Below are positions 24,004 through 36,287 of a stretch of 64,000 bases of DNA, in pieces; the first letter of the stretch is position 1; the number at the start of each line of letters is the position of its first letter. The notes under the pieces are model-generated. The model saw only the letters and a program-made list of their open reading frames with translations, did not search any database and was not told the origin of the DNA. The position numbers and the translations under genes were made by a program. This stretch comes from Calcarisporiella thermophila CBS 279.70 (lineage: Eukaryota > Fungi > Calcarisporiellomycota), in NCBI RefSeq assembly GCF_041956535.1, contig NW_027192191.1, positions 193,702 through 257,701 on the forward strand, read 5' to 3'.

Positions 24004-25686
24004 ATGGCGGCTCTTGGATTCTGGGGTAATCTGTTCAAAGTTTTAATTTCAGAATTGAATGTTTCTAAATTCCTGACCAATTTCCCCGATTTTATTGTTT
24101 CCCAATAGGCCTCAAGGTGGAAGCGGACAAAACATACCGTCAATACGTGGATGTCCCGTTCCGAGTGTCAATGGTAAGTATATTGGAAATCTATACGCCA
24201 ATGACAGAATGAAGCTTATCATTTGAATTAAGGCGGCCTATGGTGATGAGATTACCGGGAATAAACGCAGTTGCGTTAAAGTGGTGGTGGGGAGTAAAGA
24301 GTATGTTCTCTGCTGCTTAACCCCGAAAAAGGTTAGTATTTTAAAATGGTAGCGACAGTATACACAATGAAACAGAAGCCACGACGAATAGCTGAACCAA
24401 ATCACAAAACCATTTAATGTCAATCTTAGCATGAGCAGCAGCAACTAGATATAGTTTTTAGCGAGGGCGAAGAAATAATTTTGTCGGTCAGCGGCGAGTG
24501 GTAAACAAGCTAACCAAAAGTCAATATGTTACAGTGTCTTGACCTATTTTTACTTGACAGTCCTGTATATTTAACTGGAAATTATGTCCCAGAGATTGAG
24601 GATCTTGGTTTGTCGGATACGGATTCTGAAGAAGAAGAGGGAGAGGAAGACGAAGGAGAAGAAGAGGAAGAGGAGGAGGAGGAGGAGGAAGAGGAAGAGA
24701 GTGAGTCAGATTCTCATTTTCTCGAGGGAGCAAGAAAAAATGCATTAAAACGATGTAGGTATCTTGACTTCTGGCAATGTAAAGGAATAATCTAATTTAT
24801 CATGGTATATTAGTCCTTGCCCGAGACTCTGCCAAAGTATCGAGGGTTATAGGCGATGAAGATGACGATGATGAGGATGACGAGGACTACGATAGCGAGG
24901 AGGATGACGGCGAGTTTGATGATTTTATTGTGGATGATGATGAGGAGATTGAATACGAGGACGAAAGCGATGAAGAAATTAGTGAAATCGAAGAAATAGT
25001 GCCGGAAGGTATCCTAGGTCTCTTGTTTCACCATGTTCCCCCCATTTCCTTATCCAACATTTGCTCAACTGTATTTCTACACTGCCCTTAAATAGTCACT
25101 CAGTCAAAAAAGCAAAACAAAAAAAGAGAGAAAGAATCGGACCGGCCTGCAAAAAAACAGAAGACGCACGAAGCTACAATCGAATCAGATGGACTCGATT
25201 TGAAGAAAAAGGTGAAAAAACCATCCAAAGAAGAGAAGCCGAAGGAGAAATCGCAGAGCACAGGCTCTGGAATTAAGGTAGTAACTCACGGATTTCAACT
25301 AAAAAGATGCACATGTGTGCTTATCTCACCGAACCCACGCTTTCTACTCCGCACAGAAGCTCGCTAATGGAATTGTTATGGAAGAAAGAGTGCTCGGGAC
25401 AGGCCCTACAGTGGCAAAGGGCCAAAAGGTGATCGTGCGCTACAAGGGCAGTTTACCCAACGGAAAGGTCTTTGATGATAATATGAACGGAAAACCCCTA
25501 TCTTTTCGCATAGGCAAGGGGAAAGCGCCCCCCGGATTGGATGCAGGCGTAGCAGGTATGGCGGTAGGTGGAGAGCGCAAACTTGTAATTCCTCCGGAAT
25601 TAACACGCAACGCTAAAGGAGTCCCCGCCAATCTTCCTAAGAATACAGCACTGACCTACGAAATTAAACTTGTAAAAATCAAATGA
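24004..25686 (+). CDS. Nucleolar FKBP (Fpr3/Fpr4/Fkbp39 type): nucleoplasmin-like domain, acidic and basic tracts, C-terminal FKBP domain
   Basis: MAALGFWGLKVEADKTY...FRVSMAA...YVLCCLTP...EQQQLDIVFSEGEEI...VYLTGNY (NPL domain); long D/E tracts; K-rich segment; RYKGSLPNGKVFDDN FKBP fold. Confidence 0.93.
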
Positions 25687-25927
25687 GTTCCTCTAAGAAT
25701 TTTTGATTTTTTTATTAGGCTTTAATTGCTTCCTCAACATTAAAAACAAAAAAAAAATAAACGAAATAGGAGAAAAATGGGCGGATGTGGAATTTAATAA
25801 TATTATGATTTCAGTCGAAAGGGAGGAGGACAGAGCATTCAGTCGAGGGGGAAAAGTTAGAGGAAACACTATATTCGTCTAAAGAAAAGGCTAGAAGGGG
25901 AAGAAAGAAGAAAAAAATAATAATAAA

Positions 25928-27201
25928 CTACAGTGCAGAGTATCTACCACGACCGCTGGAGGCAAACATGTTCCACAGACGTACCAAACCATCTCGAATG
26001 ATATAGGGTAGGTCCCTCCAAAACTCTATCGTCCATAACATAAGAGATTAGCACTGGTACAGCCAGAATAGCACCTCTATCGAGTGATACTTTACCAAGA
26101 TGTGGAATCATGTCGACGCCCCGTGCCCGATTCGTGTTATAGTTATAAAGCATACCGAGTATGATATAGGCAGCAAAAATGACCATCACGCTATGCCAAT
26201 GGAGTAGAACATATATCAAATAGAATCCCATCCTACACCCCAATATAGCTACTTACATGATCATAAAAATACTAAAACCTGATATGCCACTGGACGGATT
26301 AGGTTGAGTAACGGATTTTCTAGAAAACCAAAGGGTGAAGACGGGCTTCCATCACCTGATGACACAGAGCGATAAGCAGAGTCACTTACGGACAAGCATC
26401 CTTGGTAGACCACCGCACAGATAACAAATCATTTTCCAATGTAGCGCTTAACTCGTCTTTCTCGCCCTCGATACAGATGAATGTGATATTAGTGGAGAGG
26501 GGTTTATCATGATAAGAGCCACCGTGTAAGAGCAGACTGAGTGGGGCTAGGTATTGAAAGGCCGGTTAGATGTCGAAAGAAAAATAAAACGAGACAAAAG
26601 AAGAATCGCACCCGGCTTTCCTTGTTCTGCTGCTTCTAGCACCAGGAACTGAGGTTTTAGCTTGAAATTTTCCCTTAGCAAAAGAATATATCGTTAGTTT
26701 CTTTGCAAGTTACCCCTGATCCATTAGCCACAATGCATCATACTCGCTATAATCGCCTGCCATAGAATTCACCTGCAAGACGCGTGTTTCATTATGCTTG
26801 GTGTTGATGACCCGTCGGCACGCGTATGTATTACCCTCTGGGCACTGATCTTCGGCCTCAACGCCCTCGAGTTTGGTCAGTGGAGCGCATGGATTCAATT
26901 TGTACTCGATGTGTGTGATGGACGGTGGAGTCCTCTCCTCCTGATCTATCGTGACCTCTCTAGAGAAGATAACAAGAGGGTAAGAAAATCTAGGGAAACA
27001 GCCCGAGTCTCTCTCCTTTCTCCACACCTTCTCCTCCTCTCCCCTCCTCCTGCCTCTCCTTACTCACCTTTTTAAAGCTGTGAGATTGTAGATCCTTCCG
27101 CTTATCGAGAATTCTTCAGTGCAATGGTTTTGTGCCAACACTGCTGTAAAGAAAAGTAAAAGAATTGGGGATACCCAACGAAGGGACTTACTAGAAACCA
27201 T
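25928..27201 (-). CDS. ATG27: Autophagy-related protein 27 (MRH-domain type I membrane protein)
   Basis: Signal peptide, Cys-containing lumenal domain (ERTPPSITHIEYKLNPC...WSTKDAC), TM helix, YNYNTNRARGVDMIPH and a C-terminal YSAL sorting motif. Confidence 0.88.
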
Positions 27202-27593
27202 TTTATTTCAAGACAAGATTCCCTCTACAAAATCAGCCAAGATATGATTTATCGCCTATGGCACCTTCAATATCAGTATAAATATCCCATCCATATCCTC
27301 GGGCTATCCTATTTAGATCGAGACACATTGGATTCAAATGACAAGATATGAAAGAACGCGAAACTTCTCACTTTCAGATATCGAGACGTGCTTAAAGAAA
27401 AAAGTTTATGCACGTCTCTCTAGTTCAAGGAAAAAAAAACGCCTTCAATAAGGGATGCTACGTGAAAAGTCTCCTTATATAAGTAGAGACTTTCGTCTCT
27501 CCTTTTCCCGCACTTTTTTTCACACGTATCTTCGCTGACCTTACTGCTTCTTTCTTTTTTCAGCGCTAGTTACAAAGCACATAAAACCAAGCA

Positions 27594-28266
27594 ATGGAAA
27601 ACCAGCGAGAGCGCGCTCAAGAGCAGGCGCGTCATATGGGCGAGGTTGCACACGACCAGCTCCGGGACAAGACGCGCAAAGCCGGGGAAACCGCTCGAAA
27701 GGCAGCCGACACGGTGACCTTTTTGGGAGAGAAAGTGATGAATTGGATAAGAGACTGGTTGGCCTGGATAACAAGGACGTAAGTACCCACATGCTCTTGC
27801 CCTAATCTTCCTGTATCAACCTATTTCTTTTCCCTTTAATTTATCTACTCGCTCTGGTTTGCTCTTGGTTATCCCAATACATTTTGACTCTCTCCCTCGC
27901 CAACCCATTTATTGGTTGATGGCTTTTCACTGATATCACTTTCTTTAATTGGCGCCGTGGGCCTCTTGAAGTGAGCTCTTCGATGAATTCCTGGATACCA
28001 CCCGCTATGTCGCATCTATTCCTGGATTTGCATTTCTCGGCTACCTTTTCGCGACCTTTTTTACGACCGCTAGTGTAGGCTTGGTGATCGTGTCAATTAT
28101 AGTTGGAGTTCTTGCGGCCATTGGGGTTTTCTTTTTCGCACCAACAATTACTTTCATTGCGGCCATCTGTCTTATAGGCGTAGTGTGCTCACGAGGGTTT
28201 AGAGTGGTTTGTCGCTGGTTTATGGGCGGAGTAACCCATCAAGGCACACAGGGGAATCGGGAGTAG
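27594..28266 (+). CDS. Promethin/LDAF1-like lipid-droplet hairpin protein
   Basis: Charged helical N-terminus; intron about 27779-27971; then SIPGFAFLGYLFATFFTTASVGLVIVSIIVGVLAAIGVFFFAPTITFIAAICLIGVV, a long hydrophobic stretch with spaced prolines. Exon junction is tentative. Confidence 0.55.
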
Positions 28267-28700
28267 CTGCTCTCAAAGAAGAAATAAAGACAAGAGGATT
28301 GGCCCCTAGCGCTTCTCTCCGCTTTCTTTCTTTTTTTCCTACCATATCTTTTTGTATTCGATCTCTCTCTTTCCATTTCTGTGGATAAATACATTTGAAT
28401 GTATGTGCTCTCTCAATGTCGTTGATTTGCAAAAAAAAAAAAAGTAGTCATCGAATTTAGAGCAGGAGTCTAATGCACTAATGATGGGTATGGATTGCCG
28501 GTGCTTATGGAGTATAAATCAAAATGAAATTCAATTAATGATTAGACGGTGTAAATAGAAATAAAATAAATGAATGGAATCCTATCCAATGAATATCCAT
28601 TCTTTATGAGATTCATTTGTCTCACTACCCAGTTTGAAAAAAGATAAGGCACTTTCTGATATAAACAAATATATTTCTAAGTTAGGCCTCACCCCTTCCT

Positions 28701-29285
28701 TTAGAACATCAAAGCAGCGGCAAAGACGGCAACGCCGAGGAGGGAACCTGCTTTCACGGCAGTGGCTGAGGAGGTCTTGGGGGCACCAGAGGAGGAGGCG
28801 GCAGCCGACGAAGCGGATTTCGAGCCAGAGGCGCTAGCGGAACCAGAGGTGGCCTTGGTAGGAATGATGGAGGCGGAAGAGGAAGGCTTGGCGGTAGCGG
28901 AGGCGCTTGCCGAGGAGAGAGCCTTGGACGAGGCGGCCGAGCCGAGCGAAGAGGGGACGGCAGAAGCCTTGGAGGAACCGGTAAGGACGGTGGTGGAGGC
29001 GGCGTCAGCGGTGGAGGTAGCCTTTGGGGCGGAAGAGGTGGCAGAGCCGGTCTCCTCCTCCTCAGCATCGGAGGCAGAGGAAGTGGCCTGGGCCTCTGAG
29101 TCGGCCGAGGGCTCGGCAGCGCTCAAGTAGTGCTCCTCCACGCAGTTCTTGAAGCACTCGGTAGCGTCCTCAGGATCACACTTGGCAATGCATTCGTTGG
29201 TGTTCACGGCGTCGTCGTGGGTCTGGGCGCTGACGGCGACGGCGGCAAAGGCCACAAGAGCAAGGGTGATGGCGTTGAGCTTCAT
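28701..29285 (-). CDS. Small GPI-anchored Ser/Ala-rich cell-surface protein with a 4-Cys motif
   Basis: Signal peptide MKLNAITLALVAFAAVAVSA; CIAKC-x7-CFKNC; S/A/T-rich stalk; hydrophobic C-terminal GPI signal; single exon. Confidence 0.9.
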   Translation of the reverse strand: MKLNAITLALVAFAAVAVSAQTHDDAVNTNECIAKCDPEDATECFKNCVEEHYLSAAEPSADSEAQATSSASDAEEEETGSATSSAPKATSTADAASTTVLTGSSKASAVPSSLGSAASSKALSSASASATAKPSSSASIIPTKATSGSASASGSKSASSAAASSSGAPKTSSATAVKAGSLLGVAVFAAALMF

Positions 29286-30505
29286 GGTTGACGGTGGGAA
29301 AGGAGGTGGAGAGAGAACCGACCAAGTTAGGGGAACGGGAGAAAGCAGAGGAAGACGGGGAGAAGAGGGGAGAAAAAGCAGGGTCGGAATTCGGATTTAA
29401 AGAGATAACGAGCGCGAGCGCAATCCACTGACCGTCGCACACGAATATCATTCGACAAATGGGGGAGGAGAGGCTCATTGCAAAATATCTAAAAATACAA
29501 CGAACTTATTGTTTGTGTCGCTTGGCGACGGCGGGACGCTCGCGTAGCACAATTCTGGTTTCAGAAGGAGGGGGGGGGGGGGCCGCAGCCTAGGCAGTAT
29601 AAGTCAGGTTTGAAGGCTCGCCTCAAGCCTGACCCGCATCGAGCTCACCATAGGCCGAATCCTGGAGATTGAAATTCGAAGCCCTTCTCCACCTCCCACC
29701 CGCACTTCTTATTTCCTTTTCCCAGCTGTGTACCCATTTCTCCTCGGTTGCACATTTTCGGCCCTCTGCCTCACATAAGCCAAGGAAATCCAATGTTAAA
29801 TCATAAAAAGATTTCTCAAGCCCTCTTTTAATGGTTACGCGTAAAATATTCGTTTCTTGTGTATATTGTAAATAGATGGAATTTTATACAGTTTTATGTT
29901 TACCGGATAAACATTGGAATCTTCTAATTGCAAAAATGGTAATTAATGAAACAAAAAAGAGCTAGTGTTCTATGATGGCAGTGAATAAATACAGCTTGCA
30001 AAGTGCATGAAGGCTTTCTTCTTATTCAAGCGCACTAGCCCACTCAATCAGAAGCCTTGTTCCTCTTCAAAAGCTTAATCTCCCTAATCTTATGAAGCTT
30101 TCGATAAAAGGCTTAGGCACCGGAGAAGCCGTCCTACTAGGCAAACCTAATGCAGCCCATTGGCTTCATTCGATTCGTCCGATCCTGGACTTCGAAATGA
30201 GAAGAATGAGGGATCTACGCGGGATTCATGCTAGGTGTGCGACTTGTGCTGCGCTACGGCTGTCCATCCCGGTCTATCCTACTCCAGCTTGGGGAGGCTA
30301 AAAAATTGGGAAGCCTTATGCGGAAGGACCTGCTCTTGTTTTGAAACTTGCTTCGACTTTTTTTCCCAGACAATGACCGACGCCGCAACTAGGCTAGGGC
30401 TGGTGGGGATAGGGTAAGCGAGGAGGGAGTTAAAAATAAATCAGCTCCTTTACGCTTGCTCAGAATGAAAGAATGGCCTTGACACCTACCTTACAATTGA
30501 CCATC

Positions 30506-31795
30506 TCAAGCATCCTCAATTGGCTTGGGATTCCAGATTCGCCGTGAGTTCTCCGGATTAAACAACTCGAACTCCATCTCAAAGCTTTTACGAAAGCACT
30601 CTCTTGCCGGCTGTTCTGGCGATATCAGATGGGCTCTAACCTTTGAATGGAAATGTCCCACCGACAGTGAGGCTCGGCGTATTTGGGCGGGAGGAGTGAG
30701 GGTGGAGGAGGAATAGGAGGAAGAGGGGGGAGGATTGGAAGACGCCGGTGTCAAGAAGCTTGCAGCAATCACCGAGTTAAGAAGAGGCGTGGTAGGAGAG
30801 GGAAGAGGATCGCCCAAAAACCTTGTCTCACGAGGTATCGAGAGACTGGCCTGGTGCTGGATCAAAAAGGTGAGGGCCTGTTGGGACAGCCGGTATTCAG
30901 TGGGAGTGATGCATTCGGGATGGGAAAGCATACCGGGTTGGAATATGGATGCAAGATTGCTTGCGTTCATGCGGTTGTGGCAGCTATTCTTGGCAAAGAA
31001 GGCAAGCAAATCGAGGAGATAGAAGAGCAGATACTGGTGGGGCTGAGGGAGTTGTTCGATAAGGACCTGAAATTCCTTAATACGCTCCTCATCAGATATG
31101 TCCTTCTCTACATAGTATAGAGGGGAGAAAATAAGTAAGGCAAATGCTATTCTAAGGAAGATTCGAATAGATCTCTCAGCTAACTACCCATAGTCTCTCG
31201 GAATGCCTTGTAGTATTCATGGGTGATGACGGGCTCAGGAAGCAAGTTGCAAAAGCGCCGTAGCACACTTGATGCATCATGCACACTATATCCCATCCAA
31301 TTGATGTCGTTGCCGTAGCCTGTGTGATGGGACTCGAAGAGCTCCTGCAAGACACTTATCCGTTTGGCCGAGCCTGAGACCCGGAATATTCCCTCTACGT
31401 TCACGCCTAGGTTTGGATATAATGCAACTTCTAGTTTCTCTAAAGACAGAGTCTGAAGCAGGCTAAAATATACCTTGGCTCCTAAGAAAGGACCCACATT
31501 GGGCTACTACTATGGGGATCTGGCCACAAATCTCTTCGCGATCTTTCAAAAAGGATACCGGTTTACAAGCATAGTTGATGGATTCTATGAGGGGCGCTCC
31601 GAATATGTTGCGAACTAGGGGAAGAGAACTGGGCACCTTCATCTTGTCTGAGTTGAGGGCATGAGTGCGATGGGACTTCCTCGCTTGTGCACCATGGGAA
31701 CACCTAAGGGGAGTGTTGGTAAAGGCTCCTTCGGTTGAGTGACTCTTCCAAAACTTCCATTTGTTTGGGAGTGAGGCAGAGATTGTCATTTGCAT
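30506..31795 (-). CDS. Rho GTPase-activating protein (Sac7-like)
   Basis: IFGAPLIESINYA, IPIVVAQCGSFL, EGIFRVSGSAKRI (Arg finger), VHDASSVLRRFCNLLPEP and NRMNASNLASIFQPGML. The 3' end is uncertain (possible further exon near 30250-30390). Confidence 0.9.
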
Positions 31796-32578
31796 CGGAT
31801 GTGATGCAATGGTAATCTAGATATGATTGTGTGCAGGTATGAGATGGAGACAAGTCCGTGAGGGAAGAACAGAAAAATGAAAAAAGGGAGATTTTTTTTT
31901 AATCCTGTTCGGAGTGGCATTTGAGTTTGACAGGAAAGGGTGCATAATGAGAATTTTTTTGAAAATTAATTAAAACCTTCGAGACTCGATTTCTATTTCC
32001 TTTTTCTCTCCCCCCCATCTCCCCTTCTCTCCCCTCTTCCCCAACTCTGGTTGTCATAGCTCTGGAAAACAGCATACAGCATTGCTTTGGTCTCAAATGC
32101 TATCGCTAAAGTACTAGAGGGGTCTTAGTGCAGCCTCTCTTCCTTACAAGCTTTAGTTTGTTACCGACCTCTAAGGTCTATAATTGTCGAGAGGAGATGA
32201 GCAGGCGAATGAATACAAGACATACCCAATAGTTTCGAAAATATGTGCAATAAAGCTCAGTTTGGCATATAATATCGCGTTCATCCAATCAGCTGATGAT
32301 ACACCGAATTTAATTACCAAAAAAAAACTTCACTGGCATTTCCTTTTATTTATTTTCGTTCTCATATTTATTTTTTATCCCTTTTCCACTCTGTTCGTCG
32401 CTCTTTTCCCCTTCTAGCACATATCTCCTATATCTCTCGACTCTCTCTCTCCTCTTTCACCTTCGCACTCTGAGCCCTTCTCTCTTTCTCGTTTTTTTGA
32501 GCATTTCTCACTCCTTTACACGCACCCTCCCTCATCCTATTCCCCTTTCTATAACCAACCACTAATTCCAACCCTCCC

Positions 32579-33446
32579 ATGCATCTTCACTTTTTTGCGG
32601 CTATCTGTGTGCTGGTCACATCGGCTAGCGCTTTTACTTGGTCCTTCACCAAACCTGTTGGGAATACTGTCTACAAGGCCGGAGCGACGGCGCAACTTGA
32701 ATGGAAGACGGACCAGAAAGGTGGAGTGGATGGAAAGCTTACTGACCAGCTGCACATTCAGTTACTCAACAGCGGAGGATTCGTGGCCACTGTCGCAACG
32801 GGAGTGGACCCTAAAAAGAACTCGCTTGCATGGACCATTCCAGCCAATATGATCACGTAAGTAGAGCAACACGAATTCAATTCTGGAACACAATGAAATT
32901 TCTAAATGAACATTTTTTATGCTGTCCATTTGCAGTTCAAATCAATATCAATTGCGTATGGTATGTTGTTGATTCACCCCTCCTCACTACCCTCCTACTA
33001 ATCATCTAGCGCCCCCGCTGTTTTATATATCATCTTAAATTCGATGATACACATTCACTTACTCGTACTTTCAATATTAAAAGGGCATTGACGACACCGA
33101 TTGGTCTTACTCTTCTCGCTTCGAAATCAAAGGAGTAGACGGGACCGTGGTGCCCACGGGGGCCCCACCTCCTCCTGGTGTGGCATCCACTGTTCTCGGC
33201 AATGCTTCGATGCCCTTGGCCACCCGCAACGCATCTGCACTTCTTCCAAGCATGAATATTTCTGCGTCGGGCATGATGATAACTCCCACGAGCATGTTGC
33301 TGCATCCCACTTCTCTTAACGCATCACTTTCCATGCCAACCGCATCGCAAACCGCTGCCAAGTCTACAGCTGGACATATTTGCATTGGAGACTCACTTGT
33401 TGTTATCATCACACTGTCATTATTTAGTAGATATTTCTTAATGTGA
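32579..33446 (+). CDS. Secreted/GPI-anchored Ser/Thr-rich protein with a Kre9/Knh1-like N-terminal Ig-like domain
   Basis: Signal peptide; FTKPVGNTVYKAGATAQLEW...LAWTIP...YQLRM...WSYSSRFEI; S/T-rich stalk; hydrophobic C-terminus. Confidence 0.82.
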
Positions 33447-33739
33447 GGCTAGTTATCCTATTTTTTTATAATAATTATTGTTATTTTGTTGTAACTTTTG
33501 CGTCGAATAAATTGGAATTACAACAGAGGTCCCTGGTTGCCTCGATCAAAATCTTTATTATTCGATTTCCTGTCTTTGTTCGAAGGACACGTATATTTTT
33601 ATAGTAGAAAGTAGATAGAGAAGGGTAAGTAGAGTAGGGAGGGTGTATCATTAGCCATACAGTGATAGGAAATAATAATAATAGTAATAATAATATATAA
33701 AGCTACGATCTTAATCATGGTGGGCTTATCTGCTGACCG

Positions 33740-35285
33740 TTATTTTAAATGCTGCTGTTTGTATTCTTGCACATCCACCACGGTTCCTGTGCGTCTCGCA
33801 TGCTCTGCAGCAAACACGTAGAGATGGGATTCAAACGTTTCCTCCACCGTCGGCATTCCTGTCTGCTCCTGTCTCATGATAGCATCCAAAAACGCCTTCA
33901 GCAGCGCATAATCTCCTCCGCCATGCCCTGAAGTATTTGCCTCTGGATCTTCCTCGTAGGGGAAGAACACCTTCCGCTGCTTCGTTAAGAAATCATACCA
34001 TCTCAACTCGTTTGTCTCGGCGTCCGCTTCAAGTTGGCCAAGTGTACCAAAAATGCGAGTTTTTCGTTGGCACAGCGCCTCTGTGGTGGCTATCATAGAG
34101 AAGGATACCGTCGCACCTCCCTCAAATTCCATATTCACCACTTGTTGGTCTACTACATCATTGTCGCACTCATAAGCGCAGCGCCCGTAGGGGCCACTTG
34201 CCAATGCATGTCTAACATTCTCAATGTCCGGAATATCGGTGATGGTACTTACGGGCCAAGTACTAAGACCCCGTTCAATCACTGGATCGAGATATATTTT
34301 CTTTGCATCATAAGGGCATTGGTCGGCAGCGGGGCATTCGAGACAATGGGTTACGGAACCAGCTGCACTGGGTTTTCCCGAAGCATTGAAATGCGTCAGT
34401 GAGCCAAATGAGCTCACACGCTATATAAAGAAGTGGATGCCGATTAAGTTGGGTCCAACCGTCAAGATGATGTTCACATATTACCTTGCAGGGTAGACCC
34501 ATAAACCAGGCGACAAGATCAATATCATGGCAGCTCTTGCTCATGAGCGAGAAGGTGGTTTCCTTTTCATTCCTCCAGTTTCCTCGCACAAAGCTGTGTG
34601 CAAAATGATAGAAACCCACGGGCTCCAAGTGCTGGATATTGAGCACACGCCCGATTTTGCCTTCATCCAATATTCTCTTGATTGCTTTGTTCAATAAGGT
34701 ATATCGAAGCACGTGTGAGATAGCAAAAAGAACGCCAGCTTGTGAGACCGCTTCGGTGATCATTAAGCAATCTTCCATAGAGGTGGCCATGGGTTTTTCA
34801 AGGAGTATGTGGTATTTTTCCTTGGCGAAGGCTACACATGCTTCACAATGCAGATCATCGAGTAGACAGATTGCAATTGCATCAGAGAGACGAGGTCGTT
34901 GGGCAAGGTCGCGCCAATCACTTACAACATTCTCATGAGGAATATTGTGTTGCTAACAGCATGAACACATTAGAGCTTTTTCTTCTTAATCTTAGCCACA
35001 AACTATTTCGATTCCCTGAGATGTTCGACCGCAAAATTGCTTACCTTGGCCATTTTCTCCCTTCTAATTTTGTTTGGCTCCGCTACAGCTACAATGCGCA
35101 GCCGCTCCGGATACTTTAATGCATAAGATGCATAGACATTCCCACTATCATCCAAAAAAATCAATGAACAACAGTTTCGGATAAAAACAAAGTATCAAAT
35201 CCTAAGAAACATACCGCTGACCGGCACCGAGGATCGTTAAGGTAATGGGAAGAGTAGGTACCGATTCTGTTGGCATCTCAACCAT
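33740..35285 (-). CDS. Gfo/Idh/MocA-family NAD(P)-dependent oxidoreductase
   Basis: Spliced LGAGQRGNVYA (Rossmann motif), [51 protein letters not shown] and GHGGGD. Confidence 0.93.
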
Positions 35286-36287
35286 GTTGCTAAATTCTTT
35301 AAAAAGTGGGGATCGGAATAATGAAAATCGCTTTTCTCACTGCTACCAAGTGTGCCACAATAAGAGTTGTTCTACCCTTTTATATACCGTGTGCTACAAA
35401 CATCTATATCTCACGGGAGTCTTGCTTTATAAGGAATGTTATAAACTACCAATTTACGTGCAACACAATTGTTGGGCATGGTTGCGGTATACAAAAGGGG
35501 ATGTCGACAAAAACTGAAGAGACTAGTGAGTTACTGTGGAATCACCTCAAGTGTCAAGGATTTTTTTCATAGTAATCAAAATGGGAAATTGGAGCTCTAG
35601 CCGATGATCCGTATTAGTAAAGTCGAATCGAGCATGAAATTGCCTAATATGCTTCCTAACTCTCCCAGTGCATAAAAAAAATGCTGAATAGGGGTAGCGA
35701 GTTAAGTGTAATGTAGCGATATCTTCTGGATAGGCTTGAAAGTTTGTGAAGGTAGTTGTTCTACTTTTGATCAGACATTAATATTCCACACTGGCTTGAG
35801 ACTAGAAATATGCTCCAGGGTCAAAATAGAGACATGTTTAGGAGCAATGGTCTTAAAACCCTTTAACGAGTGAAAACTTATACATGTATAAATAGCCTAG
35901 TGGTGATCAAGGGTTAATAAAATTAAAAGGTTTTAATGAATTTAAACGCGGCTGACAGTGACTTGCACGATCTTCAATGGACCTTTGCTCGGATCAAGGT
36001 GGAATCAGAATGAATTTCAGTAGAGTTGCTGTTAGCACCACCCAAGATAGAGCTGAAGAACCTCGAGTCAAGTCTTGGAGGAGACAATCGAGATTGGAAT
36101 CAATGGCTACATTTAAGCCAATAGAGGGTTCATCCCGAGTAATAACGTGGCTTGTTGAATTGGGGAGTAAAAGTCACGCACAAGTCATTTCGGAATATAG
36201 AGCAATATACGCCTAAATGAAAAGCCAAGAGATTTTCTCTATCATTCTGCCGTTTTTCTACCATATCGAATTCATTCCTAACATCTA

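Noticed and set aside
31548-31558. GTATCCTTTT (U12 donor consensus) on the - strand in the RhoGAP gene
   Set aside because: Lies within continuous coding sequence (KPVSFLK) needed to reach IPIVVAQCG; no matching U12 branch or acceptor.
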